64,000 bases of DNA from a virus (lineage: Duplodnaviria > Caudoviricetes), in the IMG/VR virus record IMGVR_UViG_3300043449_000929, positions 95 to 64,094 of that record; one strand, 5' to 3'. The notes under the pieces are model-generated. The model made no database searches and had not been told where the DNA came from. It saw nothing but the letters and a program-made list of their open reading frames with translations. How positions within the stretch are numbered: the stretch's first letter is position 1; every line of letters begins with the position of its first letter. Positions 10,192 to 20,400 of the stretch are shown piece after piece. The position numbers and the translations under genes were made by a program.

Positions 10192-10499
10192 GGGTCAAGC
10201 GCCTCCACATTCGCGTCGTTCGCTTGCAGGAGGAACTTGCCCTGTTGCGCAGCCTGGAGAGCGCCCTTACCTTGAATGCGCCACTCGACCTCGCCTTCCT
10301 GCGCCAGAAGGCTATCCCAGACCCCTGTCCACACGTTCTCAGCATCAGCCGTCAGCGCAACGGTTGACGAAGTAGCGGCTCCAGTGGTCGCGTCTTTGAA
10401 GGTCAGAACCGCAGAAACAGTGGTCGGCTGCGCCGTCCCACTAACTGGCGTGAACGTCCCAGAGCAAACGATTTTGTTACCCCGAACGAACCTCTGCAT
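10188..10499 (-). CDS. Hypothetical protein (small beta-rich virion-associated)
   Basis: 103-aa ORF coupled to endolysin. Confidence 0.65.
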   Translation of the reverse strand: MQRFVRGNKIVCSGTFTPVSGTAQPTTVSAVLTFKDATTGAATSSTVALTADAENVWTGVWDSLLAQEGEVEWRIQGKGALQAAQQGKFLLQANDANVEALDP

Positions 10500-12558
10500 C
10501 AGTCAGGCCCCACTTGAACTGGCAACAGGCGTCAGTGCTGTTATCGACGCCAAACTCGCCATCTGCATCGGGAGCGAACCTACCATCAACGTCTCCCTCC
10601 TGTGAAATAAGGGCGAGAACTTCAGGGGACATCAGGTCGATGCAGGTGGTGGCCGCGAGCCATACGTTTGCCGCGAGAGACGCTTCCTCAACTAATGAGA
10701 AGTCAACTACAGGCGCTTGCCATTTGAAGTCTGCCTTACCGCCGAACCCGGTTGAGGTGACTACCCTGATCCAGCTAACGACTGTCGAAACAATCGAGCC
10801 AACGAGCTTGGAAATACCCTTCGTGAAGGCGACGCTCGTTGCGGTAGTTACAGCAACGATGCGGTTGAAGATGGCAGAAGGCGCGATATTTACAGCGGCA
10901 ACCAGTGAAATAACGACGTTCTTACCAAGGGATTTGGTTACGAAAATAGCTGTCGCAGCGGAGACCGCCACTCGCACCGCTACAGCCCTCATCATCGAAG
11001 CAGCAAGAACAGATGAAAGTAAGATCGGCTTCCCAACCGCGCGCCTGAATGTCGCCGCTGTGGTCGCCGTCGCAAGAATCGTAACGAGCCTGACCTTGAC
11101 CTGAGTGATGGTGGTCGTTGCCGCGCTGACGACAGAGACAACCTTCGATACCGCGCGGCTGACAGCCGTTGATGAGGTGGCGGTGGCCGTGACGCGCTTG
11201 CCCACCGAGCGGAGGAACGAGACGGTCGTCGCGCCAATTGCTGAGACGCGCTTCCCAGTCTGCCTGACCAGGGTGGTCGCCGTCGTCGCAGCGGGGGCGA
11301 TGACCTTGCCAGCCTGCCGGATGAGGGTGGCCGTCGTCGTGGAGACGACCGAGATCGTCTTCAGGAACGCCTTCTGGGCGAGGACGCTGCTCGTCGATAC
11401 AGCCGTCACCGCAACCGACTTCAGAACCTGCTTCGTGAACGATGTGGCTGTCGTGGCCGACACACCCACAATCTTCCCGGCAGACCTGACGAGCGCTACT
11501 GTCGTCGTGGCCGTGACCGAAACCAGCTTGATGAATGTTTTGAGAGCCGCGACCGTCGTCGTCGAGGTAGCCGTCACGGCTATTGTCTTCCCAGCCCGAT
11601 TGACGAAGGAAGAAGCACTCGCCGCTGTGAGAGATACGGTCTTCGCGGCAGACCTGATGAGTGTCGTGGTTGTAGCCGCCGTGGCGGAAACAGTCCGTAG
11701 GGCCGTCTTGAATGCCGTGAGCGCAGTAGTCGTCGCGGACGACGCGGAGACGCGCTTGCCGACACTCCTGACGAGCGATGTCGCGGAAGCGGCAGACGCC
11801 GAGACAGTCTTCGCCGCGCTCTTGATGACCGCTGTGGTGGACGCCAGAGAGGCGGAGATGTTCTTGCTGACCGCCTTACTGAAGGTCGTGGTGGTAGTCG
11901 CGACGGCGGAGATTGTCTGGTTGAAGTTGTTTACCCCAGACTGGAACGTCGCCTGGATCGTGCTGGCCGTAGTCGAGACGAGAGAGATGATCTTCCCGAC
12001 AGACTTTGTGAAGGACGTAGTTGTCGCTGACGACAGAGAAACGGCCTTGGAGACGGACTTCAGGGATGTCGCATTCGTCGAAGCAGTCGCGGAGATGCGC
12101 TTTTCCGTGGATCTTAGAAGCGTCGTCGTCGATGTCGCCGTAGCCGCGACAACCTTGCCTACGCTTTTGACGATAGTTGTCGTGGTAGCGGCAGACGCGG
12201 ACACTGTCCGTAGGAATGTCTTCACAACGGCGACGGTCGTTGCGCTGGTCGATACGACAGCAATCAGCTTCCCGGCTGATCTGCGAACCGTCGTAGTCGT
12301 AGTGGCGGCGAATGCAATAGTCTTGCCTACCGCCCGCCTCAGAGTCGTCGCCGTTGACGAGCTTGCGGAGACACGCTTGCCCGTTGACCTGAGAGCCGTC
12401 GTCGCGGAAGCCGCTGATGAAGCGATAGCCTTCGCCACGCTCTTGATGACCGAGACAGAAGTCGTGGCTACAGCGGAGACGGTCTTGGCGAACGCGGTCG
12501 CGCCGGAACTCAGCGCCGACGCAACTGGCCTTGATGCGACGGGACCGCCTCCGAACAT
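10477..12558 (-). CDS. Ser/Thr/Ala/Val-rich repetitive fibre-like protein
   Basis: 693 aa with roughly 21-aa periodic units; GAGG upstream. Confidence 0.75.
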   Translation of the reverse strand: MFGGGPVASRPVASALSSGATAFAKTVSAVATTSVSVIKSVAKAIASSAASATTALRSTGKRVSASSSTATTLRRAVGKTIAFAATTTTTVRRSAGKLIAVVSTSATTVAVVKTFLRTVSASAATTTTIVKSVGKVVAATATSTTTLLRSTEKRISATASTNATSLKSVSKAVSLSSATTTSFTKSVGKIISLVSTTASTIQATFQSGVNNFNQTISAVATTTTTFSKAVSKNISASLASTTAVIKSAAKTVSASAASATSLVRSVGKRVSASSATTTALTAFKTALRTVSATAATTTTLIRSAAKTVSLTAASASSFVNRAGKTIAVTATSTTTVAALKTFIKLVSVTATTTVALVRSAGKIVGVSATTATSFTKQVLKSVAVTAVSTSSVLAQKAFLKTISVVSTTTATLIRQAGKVIAPAATTATTLVRQTGKRVSAIGATTVSFLRSVGKRVTATATSSTAVSRAVSKVVSVVSAATTTITQVKVRLVTILATATTAATFRRAVGKPILLSSVLAASMMRAVAVRVAVSAATAIFVTKSLGKNVVISLVAAVNIAPSAIFNRIVAVTTATSVAFTKGISKLVGSIVSTVVSWIRVVTSTGFGGKADFKWQAPVVDFSLVEEASLAANVWLAATTCIDLMSPEVLALISQEGDVDGRFAPDADGEFGVDNSTDACCQFKWGLTDAEVRSG

Positions 12559-12567
12559 CCCCTTACC

Positions 12568-13020
12568 TCACAGTTGATAAGCGGCCACGAAGAAACCGTT
12601 GATCTGTTCGCTCGTCCAGCCCAGCGCAGCGGCGACGGCCTCAGTGAACGGATGGGTGCGCTCGAACACCGTCGCGCCAGAGAGCAGCATCTTGGCGACG
12701 AATTGCTCTGCGGGGTCCGTAATGCCGTCCACAATGGTCTGAAGGACTGCCGGGATTGCTCCAGTGGAGACAGCCGCTAGGGCTTCGTCTTGAGTTATCA
12801 GCCCGTCAACAGCCGCCTGCTGGAAGAACTGTCGGTCACTGATCTGTTGCGGGACAGGTGGTGGCAGGGGAGCATATGGTGTCGGTTCGTTTCCTTCGGA
12901 AAGCCACGCGAGATATTCGCGGTATTCAGTGCTGTCTGAGCCAATCGGAATATATGTGCGGGAATTTTCATCCTCGCGGATAACAATATCACCCGATTTG
13001 TTGAGTGTATAAGTTATCAT
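12568..13020 (-). CDS. Putative tail fibre assembly/chaperone protein
   Basis: YREYLAWLSEGNEP and ISDRQFFQQ motifs; follows fibre gene. Confidence 0.65.
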   Translation of the reverse strand: MITYTLNKSGDIVIREDENSRTYIPIGSDSTEYREYLAWLSEGNEPTPYAPLPPPVPQQISDRQFFQQAAVDGLITQDEALAAVSTGAIPAVLQTIVDGITDPAEQFVAKMLLSGATVFERTHPFTEAVAAALGWTSEQINGFFVAAYQL

Positions 13021-13023
13021 TTC

Positions 13024-14022
13024 TTATAGCTCCGCATTTAGCGTTAAATATGTCGTCGTGTTTTGCGTGTAAACGCTAACTGCGCCTGCGGCCGCGGAGA
13101 CTGCCTGCAATCCGACAGACGTTGGTGAAATATAGAAGTTAAGCGCAGAGGCATTAACATTGCCCCATGTTCCTGCGACTGAGGCTATCGGTTCTTTCCG
13201 CATTTGTGGTATAGCCGTTGTCGAGGCAATGTTAAAGCTTGCGTTAACAGCGTATCCTTGAATAACTATGTCAGCGAGTGTAGTGCCGCCAAGTTTCTGA
13301 AAATAGCGGCTACAGAAACTTACCTCTTGCGCGCAGTTGCGGCGTTCAAATGGGGTAGCAACAGCACCTTCCTCAAGCTGCGGATCGCCAATCGTCCACG
13401 TGCCACTCGTCTGCGAGCCGACACTCAGCACAATCTCGATGCCCGTGGTCGCACCAGCCGGAATGCTGATTTGCGCTGAGTATCGCGTCACCGTCGAATT
13501 GACCGTGAATGTCCCCGTCGCAATCTGCGTTCGCGTCGGGCTGGCGAGTGTCCCGAATGTGTCGGCGGTGTTCGCGTAATAAGCCGTCCATGTTACAGTC
13601 GTCAGCAGCGAGTTCGCTAGATCGACAGAGAGTGTTGCCGTTTTGCCAGCAAGGTCTGCGCTGTTCAGAGCCTCAATACGCTGCGCAAAGCCGATAGCCG
13701 TGACCGACGCCGCGCCTGTGAACTGATAGCGATACGTATTCGCAACAGCACCAGTGACGCGCTGACCCGTGACGTTTGCGCCTGTGCAGTAGGCGTACCA
13801 ACGATCAACAGTATAGGCTAAAGCAGATCCAGCCGTGATTGTCTGAGATGCACCGGCATTACGCTGATCTACTGCAAGTCCACCGTTGATGATCCTATTT
13901 CTCAGAAAGCTCGACGCCATCGCCAGCGTTCCGGCGCATGTCGCGTTGCCCGCCGTATCGAGCGCCAGATTGACCGTTGCGCTGCTGGCGTTCTGGAGGT
14001 TGGTTGCTTTGAGCGTGGACAT
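13024..14022 (-). CDS. Tail fibre / receptor-binding protein
   Basis: RNRIINGG..VDQR, YTVDRW, QLEEGAVATPFERR...CSRYF motifs. Confidence 0.8.
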   Translation of the reverse strand: MSTLKATNLQNASSATVNLALDTAGNATCAGTLAMASSFLRNRIINGGLAVDQRNAGASQTITAGSALAYTVDRWYAYCTGANVTGQRVTGAVANTYRYQFTGAASVTAIGFAQRIEALNSADLAGKTATLSVDLANSLLTTVTWTAYYANTADTFGTLASPTRTQIATGTFTVNSTVTRYSAQISIPAGATTGIEIVLSVGSQTSGTWTIGDPQLEEGAVATPFERRNCAQEVSFCSRYFQKLGGTTLADIVIQGYAVNASFNIASTTAIPQMRKEPIASVAGTWGNVNASALNFYISPTSVGLQAVSAAAGAVSVYTQNTTTYLTLNAEL

Positions 14023-14582
14023 TATGCGGACCTCGCAAGGAAGGCCGAGAAATAAGCGTTCTCGTTATTGGCGGCGATTGTTCCACCGGCAACATTGATC
14101 CCCCACGCCTCGATGTAATCAGTAGATCCGTTGAGATATATCAGCGCAGAGACAACGCACATAAATCCAGTTCCATTTGTTCCGTATTTTGCAATCGCGC
14201 CGTTTTTATAAATGCTGACGCCGACTGTCGCACTAGCCGTGTAGCCGGTCGCCGCTGAAATCTGATAATAGCCCGCAACCGTCGGCGTAAACCGCGAGGT
14301 GCTTGTGTCGTAGTTGCTGTTCGTGTCAAAGTTCTCGACAGTGAATGTCAGCTTTGTCCACGAGTTTGCGCCAAGGGTCTGCGTAGCGTTTTTGTAGGCG
14401 TCGAACGCGGGGCCAAGCCCGGCAATGCCTCCGGTCGGAACCCACGACGAACCGTTATACGTCTCCACAATTCCAAGCGTGGAGTTATACCCCGTCTGTC
14501 CAGCGACAGGAGCCGCCGGGCGACCGGCAGTTGTCCATGACGGGAAGACTTCGCCGGTTGTGCCATTGAGAACAATAGGCAT
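14022..14582 (-). CDS. Tail fibre protein with C1q-like C-terminal domain
   Basis: FDTNSNYDTSTSRFTPTVAGYYQ...LNGSTDYIE. Confidence 0.75.
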   Translation of the reverse strand: MPIVLNGTTGEVFPSWTTAGRPAAPVAGQTGYNSTLGIVETYNGSSWVPTGGIAGLGPAFDAYKNATQTLGANSWTKLTFTVENFDTNSNYDTSTSRFTPTVAGYYQISAATGYTASATVGVSIYKNGAIAKYGTNGTGFMCVVSALIYLNGSTDYIEAWGINVAGGTIAANNENAYFSAFLARSA

Positions 14583-14585
14583 GTC

Positions 14586-14801
14586 TTACGTCCCTGACGT
14601 TGAAGCGAGAAGGTAATAAGTTGTCCCGCCGATATTGATTGCTATCTTGTTCGTCACAGTGTTCGTTGTAGAAGCACTTACTGCGGTTGAAACAACAACA
14701 GTTCCTGTTGCGGCAGGAAAAGTTGCGGTGTTTGTTCCTGCGACAGCGGTAACGTCGAGCGTCACATCGCCGGAAGTCGCGCCTTTGAGTTTTATCGGCA
14801 T
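14586..14801 (-). CDS. Small tail fibre-associated protein
   Basis: LKGATSGDVTL...FPAATGT motif; coupled start. Confidence 0.65.
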   Translation of the reverse strand: MPIKLKGATSGDVTLDVTAVAGTNTATFPAATGTVVVSTAVSASTTNTVTNKIAINIGGTTYYLLASTSGT

Positions 14802-15082
14802 TACACCACCGTCCACGTTTGGCCGCTTGGAATAGTTATCGTGACACCGCTCGCAATCGTAATTGGCCCAAAGCTACCGGCATTGTCGCCCGTGGGGATC
14901 GTGTAGTTGGACGTTACTGTCTGGTCGTTCAGATAGAAGATTGCGTCACTTCCGCCGCCTGTCGGTGCGCCGAGATTGGACGACAGCCACGAAGTCGTCG
15001 CGCTGTTATACGTCCAGATGTAGCCGTTGGCGGAATAGGTCTGCCCGTCTGTGGGGCTTGTCGGGAAGTCGAGAGCGGCCAT
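14801..15082 (-). CDS. Small tail fibre-associated protein
   Basis: LDFPTSPTDGQ and FYLNDQTVTSNYTI...GPITIASG motifs. Confidence 0.7.
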   Translation of the reverse strand: MAALDFPTSPTDGQTYSANGYIWTYNSATTSWLSSNLGAPTGGGSDAIFYLNDQTVTSNYTIPTGDNAGSFGPITIASGVTITIPSGQTWTVV

Positions 15083-15085
15083 GTG

Positions 15086-16591
15086 TTAGCTCCAGTTTCC
15101 GACCGTGATGTTGGTCGCCGCTGCGCTTGTCGAACTTATCGGGAAGATTCGGAAATACGATTGCGCGCCAACGACAGCCGCCGCCGCAACGCCGAGCGAA
15201 ACAGACGGGATCAGCGTGCCGGCTGTGGATATGCGGACGAAGCCACAGATGAAGGCGTGGCCTGTCGTGCTGGTGCTGTTTGGGGTCAGGGCCGTGTTCG
15301 CGGCGGTGCTGAATGTTCCGCTAAGTGTGCTGCCCGTGGCGAGAGCCGCCTTCGCCGCCATCGAGCGCCAGCCCTGCGAGGCGATGACAGCCGTGCCAGC
15401 GACAAGCGAGAAGCCAAAAGTCTGCGTTGTGCCAGACATCGAGGTCAGAGAAAAGCCGCACTCAAACCAGTATGTTCCGACAGCGAGATCGACCCTGCCG
15501 TTTGCCGTCGCATTGAACAGTTTCTGCGCGGCGGTCTGCGATGTCAGCGTGTATGCCGTCCCGAGGACGACAAGCTGTTCGCCGGGGATGACGCCCCTGC
15601 TTGTCCCGAACGGGGTCGCATAAAAGACAGTGCCGTCGTATTCGACCGCGCCAGCGACTGCCGATGTGAGGTTCGTGCCAGACGCAAAATCGAGCGGCGG
15701 GACCGACGCCGTCCCAGCCGCAAGAGCAAGGCCCGTGATCGTTGGCGCGGTATCAAAGACGACGTTCCCGGTGCCTGTCTCGCCCGTGAGAGCCGCCGCA
15801 AAGTTGGTCGCGCTCGGGGTGCCAAGGAATGTCGCCACGTTCGCGCCAAGACCAGACACGCCGCTTGAGATCGGCAAGCCCGTGCAGTTCGTCAAAGTTC
15901 CAGAAGACGGTGTTCCGAGCGCACCGCTTGGCGCGAGGTAGTCCGTCCCCGCCGCAGCATTCGCGAGTGCGCCGCCGCTATTTGCTTTGAGGATCGACGT
16001 TCCAGATGGCGGCGCGAGGTAATCTGTTCCAGACGTGGCCGCAGAGATATTGCTGCCATTGCCCTTCAGAATGCCCGTGAACGTCGTGACAGTCGTGCCG
16101 TCTATGGTGCCTGACGCGCCTGTCGCGCCAGCCGCGCCAGCCGGTCCAGCGGGGCCAACCGTTCCGACAAAAGCGTCAATCCACTGCGAAGAGTTGGCGT
16201 CCGTATAGTAGATTTTCAGCTTGCCGTAGGTGGAATCAAACCACAGGACGCCGTCGCCTGGGTTAGACGGGGGCGTGGTGCTGACAACGACAGCCGCACT
16301 CGTCGAAGCGTTGGGGGAGATGAAAACGGTGGCCGAGCCGGTGAGATTGAGAAGCGAGCCAGTCGAGCTAGACCCGAGAGTGCGGCTGAGAGTGGTGCCG
16401 CTGCTCGTATAGGTGCCGGTACCAATTTCCCAGTTCGTCCCGTCGATGATCACATAGTCGATCACCTTCCCGTCTGGGACGCCAGCCGCAGCAAACGTCT
16501 GGTATCCAGACGTTGCCGAGCCGAGTGTAATCGTGCCGGTTCCCGTTGTGGCAGTTGTCATCCACGCGCGGTTGTAAGTCGCGTTTGCCAT
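15086..16591 (-). CDS. Tail fibre protein with short collagen-like stretch
   Basis: [14 protein letters not shown]-terminus, [16 protein letters not shown], Gly/Thr-rich. Confidence 0.8.
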   Translation of the reverse strand: MANATYNRAWMTTATTGTGTITLGSATSGYQTFAAAGVPDGKVIDYVIIDGTNWEIGTGTYTSSGTTLSRTLGSSSTGSLLNLTGSATVFISPNASTSAAVVVSTTPPSNPGDGVLWFDSTYGKLKIYYTDANSSQWIDAFVGTVGPAGPAGAAGATGASGTIDGTTVTTFTGILKGNGSNISAATSGTDYLAPPSGTSILKANSGGALANAAAGTDYLAPSGALGTPSSGTLTNCTGLPISSGVSGLGANVATFLGTPSATNFAAALTGETGTGNVVFDTAPTITGLALAAGTASVPPLDFASGTNLTSAVAGAVEYDGTVFYATPFGTSRGVIPGEQLVVLGTAYTLTSQTAAQKLFNATANGRVDLAVGTYWFECGFSLTSMSGTTQTFGFSLVAGTAVIASQGWRSMAAKAALATGSTLSGTFSTAANTALTPNSTSTTGHAFICGFVRISTAGTLIPSVSLGVAAAAVVGAQSYFRIFPISSTSAAATNITVGNWS

Positions 16592-16614
16592 CAGCTACCT
16601 CAACGAGAACATTA

Positions 16615-16800
16615 TCAGGCCGGAAGCGCCATAAGCTCTTCGCGGCTCACGTAGACGATGCGCGGGCTAACGAAGGACGCCATGTCGATCTCGTCGCCGT
16701 TGGGGGCGACGAAGCCGATCACAAGCTCCCCATCGAAATGCTCGAAAGCATCGACGGCGGGGTCTTCCTCGCCGTCATGGATCTTGACCTGCATATACAT
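16615..16800 (-). CDS. Hypothetical protein
   Basis: 61-aa ORF with GAGG RBS filling operon gap. Confidence 0.55.
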   Translation of the reverse strand: MYMQVKIHDGEEDPAVDAFEHFDGELVIGFVAPNGDEIDMASFVSPRIVYVSREELMALPA

Positions 16801-16809
16801 GGTCGCCTC

Positions 16810-17196
16810 TTAGGTGAACTGAACCTTCACGGTGAACGCGATGGAGTCAGACGACGCGAGGTTGATGACCGAGAAGTCACCGTAGACACACATATTACCG
16901 CCCGTCGGAGGCGAGCCGGAACCAGCCGCGTCGAACAGGCCGACCTCAGTGATGGCGCGAGTGCCAGCGGCGGTCACAGTGCCAGTCACCTGCCACGTGT
17001 CGTTCGTCTGCGTGGTCGTAACGCGAGACGAAGAGCCAGTCGTGCGGGACTCGGTCGTGGTCGTGGTCGTAACCACGTTAGCCGAAGCAGCGGCGGCGGA
17101 ACCCGTTCCCCACTGAATGTAGAGAGGGCGAGAAGCGTAGGCATCCCAGCCAGCCGTGATATTGGCGAGGCCGTTATTTTGAACGCGAGCGACCAT
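16810..17196 (-). CDS. Putative virion structural protein
   Basis: YIQWGTG...AITEVGLFDAA...FSVINL..DSIAFT motif. Confidence 0.75.
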   Translation of the reverse strand: MVARVQNNGLANITAGWDAYASRPLYIQWGTGSAAAASANVVTTTTTTESRTTGSSSRVTTTQTNDTWQVTGTVTAAGTRAITEVGLFDAAGSGSPPTGGNMCVYGDFSVINLASSDSIAFTVKVQFT

Positions 17197-17197
17197 G

Positions 17198-17377
17198 TTA
17201 TTTCACCTTTCCGACAAATCGCTTGACCGCTCTCTCCAACCGCCAAGCCCACCTTTTGAGCGGGTTTTTATGCCAGTAGGAGACAACTCCCAAAGGCACC
17301 CTCGTCCCGTCAGCGCGAATAATCACGGCCTCAATCGTCGCTTGCTTCGCGCCTGATAGAACCTTCATGTCACTCAT
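17198..17377 (-). CDS. Small hypothetical protein (59 aa, absent from ORF track)
   Basis: MSDMKVLSGAKQATIEAVIIRADGTRVPLGVVSYWHKNP...; GAGGG upstream; fills gap exactly. Confidence 0.65.
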   Translation of the reverse strand: MSDMKVLSGAKQATIEAVIIRADGTRVPLGVVSYWHKNPLKRWAWRLERAVKRFVGKVK

Positions 17378-17407
17378 ATCATCACCCTCTTTGCTCGCAT
17401 AATAAGG

Positions 17408-20400
17408 CTACTGTTTCGGTAGGCTGTCGATATACGGCTGGATCATCTGTGTGCGCCGTTTATCCTTCGTCCACCGTGTATGCGGGACGCCCGTCTTCAG
17501 AGCCTTATCCCGCTCTTTGAACTCACGCTTGTATGTGTCTTCGACCCTGTCAACTATGGAGTGGCCGGGGTGGTCGCGCTCGAACTTGCGCGCTTCGGGA
17601 AGCATACGATTGTATGAAACCCTATCCCCGTCGCGCTTCGCTTTGAGCATCCGATTGACGAGTATCCCAGACTCATAGTCCATCGTCGTGTCGTAACGAC
17701 GAAGCGCCTGATCAGACTCCTGCTCTCTGGCAAGAGGCTGTGGCTTGAAGCCGATAGCCTGGACCGCAACGCCAGTGGGCGTCACTTTGGCGTTTGGTAT
17801 GACGCGACCACGGTTGTCCCGATACGTGCCAGAAGCCGCTTGCTGACCAGCGAGGATCATGTTGCGGCCACCAGCCGGGAACAGCGAGGCGACGGCCCCG
17901 ATAAGATCGCCGTTGTTGTATTTGTCGTAGCCGCGCGCCAATTCCTCGACGACGCTCTCGCCAGCGCCCATTCGGGACGCCGCCCACTTCTTCATGGCGG
18001 GGGCCATCGGTCCACGATCCAGCAGGAAGGACGGAACAGGCGCGAAATCAGCCTCGGAGGTTCGCCCAGAAACGTCCATGCCAAGTAGGCGCGACGGACC
18101 ATGCGCGAGGGCGTCACCGATGGAGTGTCCGAACGTCACTTCAAGGAAGTTCGCGAAGGACTGCTTCATGTCATACGGGCCAGCTTCAGGCTTAACCTTG
18201 TCGTGAAGCTTGTCGTAGATCGCGGAGAAGACCGCCATGCCGGGGAGGCCAAGAGCGCCAGCCACAGCAGCCGTCGCGGCGGCGTGGCCGAGCATGAAAC
18301 GCCACGCTTCCTTGCGGGCTATAGCAGCCTCTTCTGGCGTAGCCCCCGGCGCATGAGAAACAATCGCGTGCATCTCGCGATACATCTTCTCAGCAGCCAT
18401 CATCCAGTAGGATTGGAAGACGAACGCAAGCTTTGTAGTGTTGCCAAACAGACCCTTTGGCCCGTTCGCCGTCATCAGCGCGCGGTTGTCGTTCCCGTAA
18501 TTAAATAACGCCTCGTCGATTGTATGACCGGCGTAGTCAACCATCTTATCCCAGGCCGGTGTTCCAAACTCAGCCTTGCCGTGGCGCTGCTCGAAAACCT
18601 TCTTTGCAGCTAGCGCCATCTGGACGCGAGTAAACGTCTCGGCGTAGTAACCCATCATTGAAGCTGAGCGAGTGTAGGAGTCTATGCCCCTCTCGAACTT
18701 GCCGCCATCGAGACGCGCATTGGCAATGTGGCCCAAGCTTCTATTGATGCCACCAGTATCAACGTGTCCGCGGTTAATGACGTTGATCGCGAAGCGTGTA
18801 TTCTCGTCGTCCAATCTCGCCCGTCTTAGCGCCTCTGTCGTGATAGGCATGTCTGTAATCGCAAGACCACCTGCATTCCACGCCTCACTCCAGACAGCGC
18901 GCATAACCTTGTATGCGTCTTCAGTAGACGCCGCTACAGCCGTAGCCGCCTTCATATACCCGACCTTTTTGGACAGTTCGGGGATACCGTATGTGGCGAC
19001 CTGAAGCGGCTGAAGAATAGCAGTGGACAGGTTAAAGCCGAGCATCTTTGAGAAGACCATCGACTGGATCATATCCTGCCACGAACCACTAAGGTTCAAC
19101 TGGCGATCTTCCTCACGGCCCATCGCGTGGTTATAAAGCGCAGCAATCGTCTGCTCGTATTCATGCAGCCTGTGATCGACGTTCTTCGACGCCTCCCAAA
19201 CCTTCTTGAAATCGCCAAGCCTGTCGTTGACCTCGTCTGTTCCGAGAAGGTTCGAGAAATGCTGAGCGACTTCAATGGACTGCTTTGCGAGCGCACGGAA
19301 CGGGTCTGCTTCAAAACCGGCGACATACTGCCTATGAAGCTGAGATTTGGCGGCAGAAGCATCCGGCATGAAATGAATCGCCATGTTGCGAAGCATGGTG
19401 ATCTGGTCGTCTTTTTTACGCTTCAACGCCTCGGCCATTCTGGAAGACGCGCCTTCAGGCGGTGTGAACTCGTCGCTCGCCTCTAGCTCCTGAATCATCT
19501 TCTCGACAAGGCGCGAGGCAGAACCGCTCTTGTTGAAAAGATCCATATCGCCGCTTTTGATATTATCTTTCTGGACGGCTCCAGCCTCAGACAATTTGAT
19601 GATCGTGCGTTTCAGATTGGCGATCTGCGCCGTATTGTCTGAGCGAATGAACACATCAGGCTGATGAGACAGCGGATCAATAACGACATTAAAGCCGTCA
19701 GCCTTCACAGCATCCTGAACAGCCTTCAGCGCTTCCGGCAGGATCATACCTTCGCCATCCGTAGCGATAGTGAAGGACAGGCCGTGCTTACCCTGGCGCA
19801 TAAGGTGCGAATAGACTGTGTCTTTCAGCCTACCCTTATTGCTCTCGATGTTATCGACATATTCCTGAAGCTGCGGATCTGCGGAGACTTTTGTCTCTTT
19901 TATGTAGTCATTGCCAAGGCTGTCTTTTGCAATTTCTTTCTTCGTGACTTCAGGCAGGCGAGACAGAAGTTCTTTTGCGATTTGCGTCAAGTCGTTCAGC
20001 GATGAAACCGCGTGCGTCATCGCGCCGTTCGGAGACATATCGGCGTCTGGATTATTCAGCAGTTCATGCGCGGGACTTACGAGACGAGCGAGCAAATCGG
20101 CGTTCGACTCTTCCTTCATGTTCTTATTGCGCTTCAGGTAACGATACAGAACAGCCGCCGCTGGCATACTGAAGTTCGTCTCATACTGAGCGCGCATATT
20201 CTCTAGGACAGACGAAGCTTTCGGATCTTTACTTACCGTCGTGTAAGCTTCGCGCGCCTTGTCGTAGATGTCGCGATAACGACCACCCTCGTTACGAACG
20301 CGCGGCGTCTGCCTTTCCCAAGGAACAGACGGGTCAATGCCAAGCTGGTGTGCGGCCTCAACTTTCAGCGCGGAATCAAAAGCCGCACGCGCCGCTCGAT

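Noticed and set aside
11105-12577. 490-aa plus-strand ORF
   Set aside because: Antisense shadow of the biased-codon Thr/Ala/Val repeat gene; all neighbours are minus strand
14819-17226. Long plus-strand ORFs (14819-15868, 16546-17226)
   Set aside because: Arg-rich antisense shadows over well-supported tail genes
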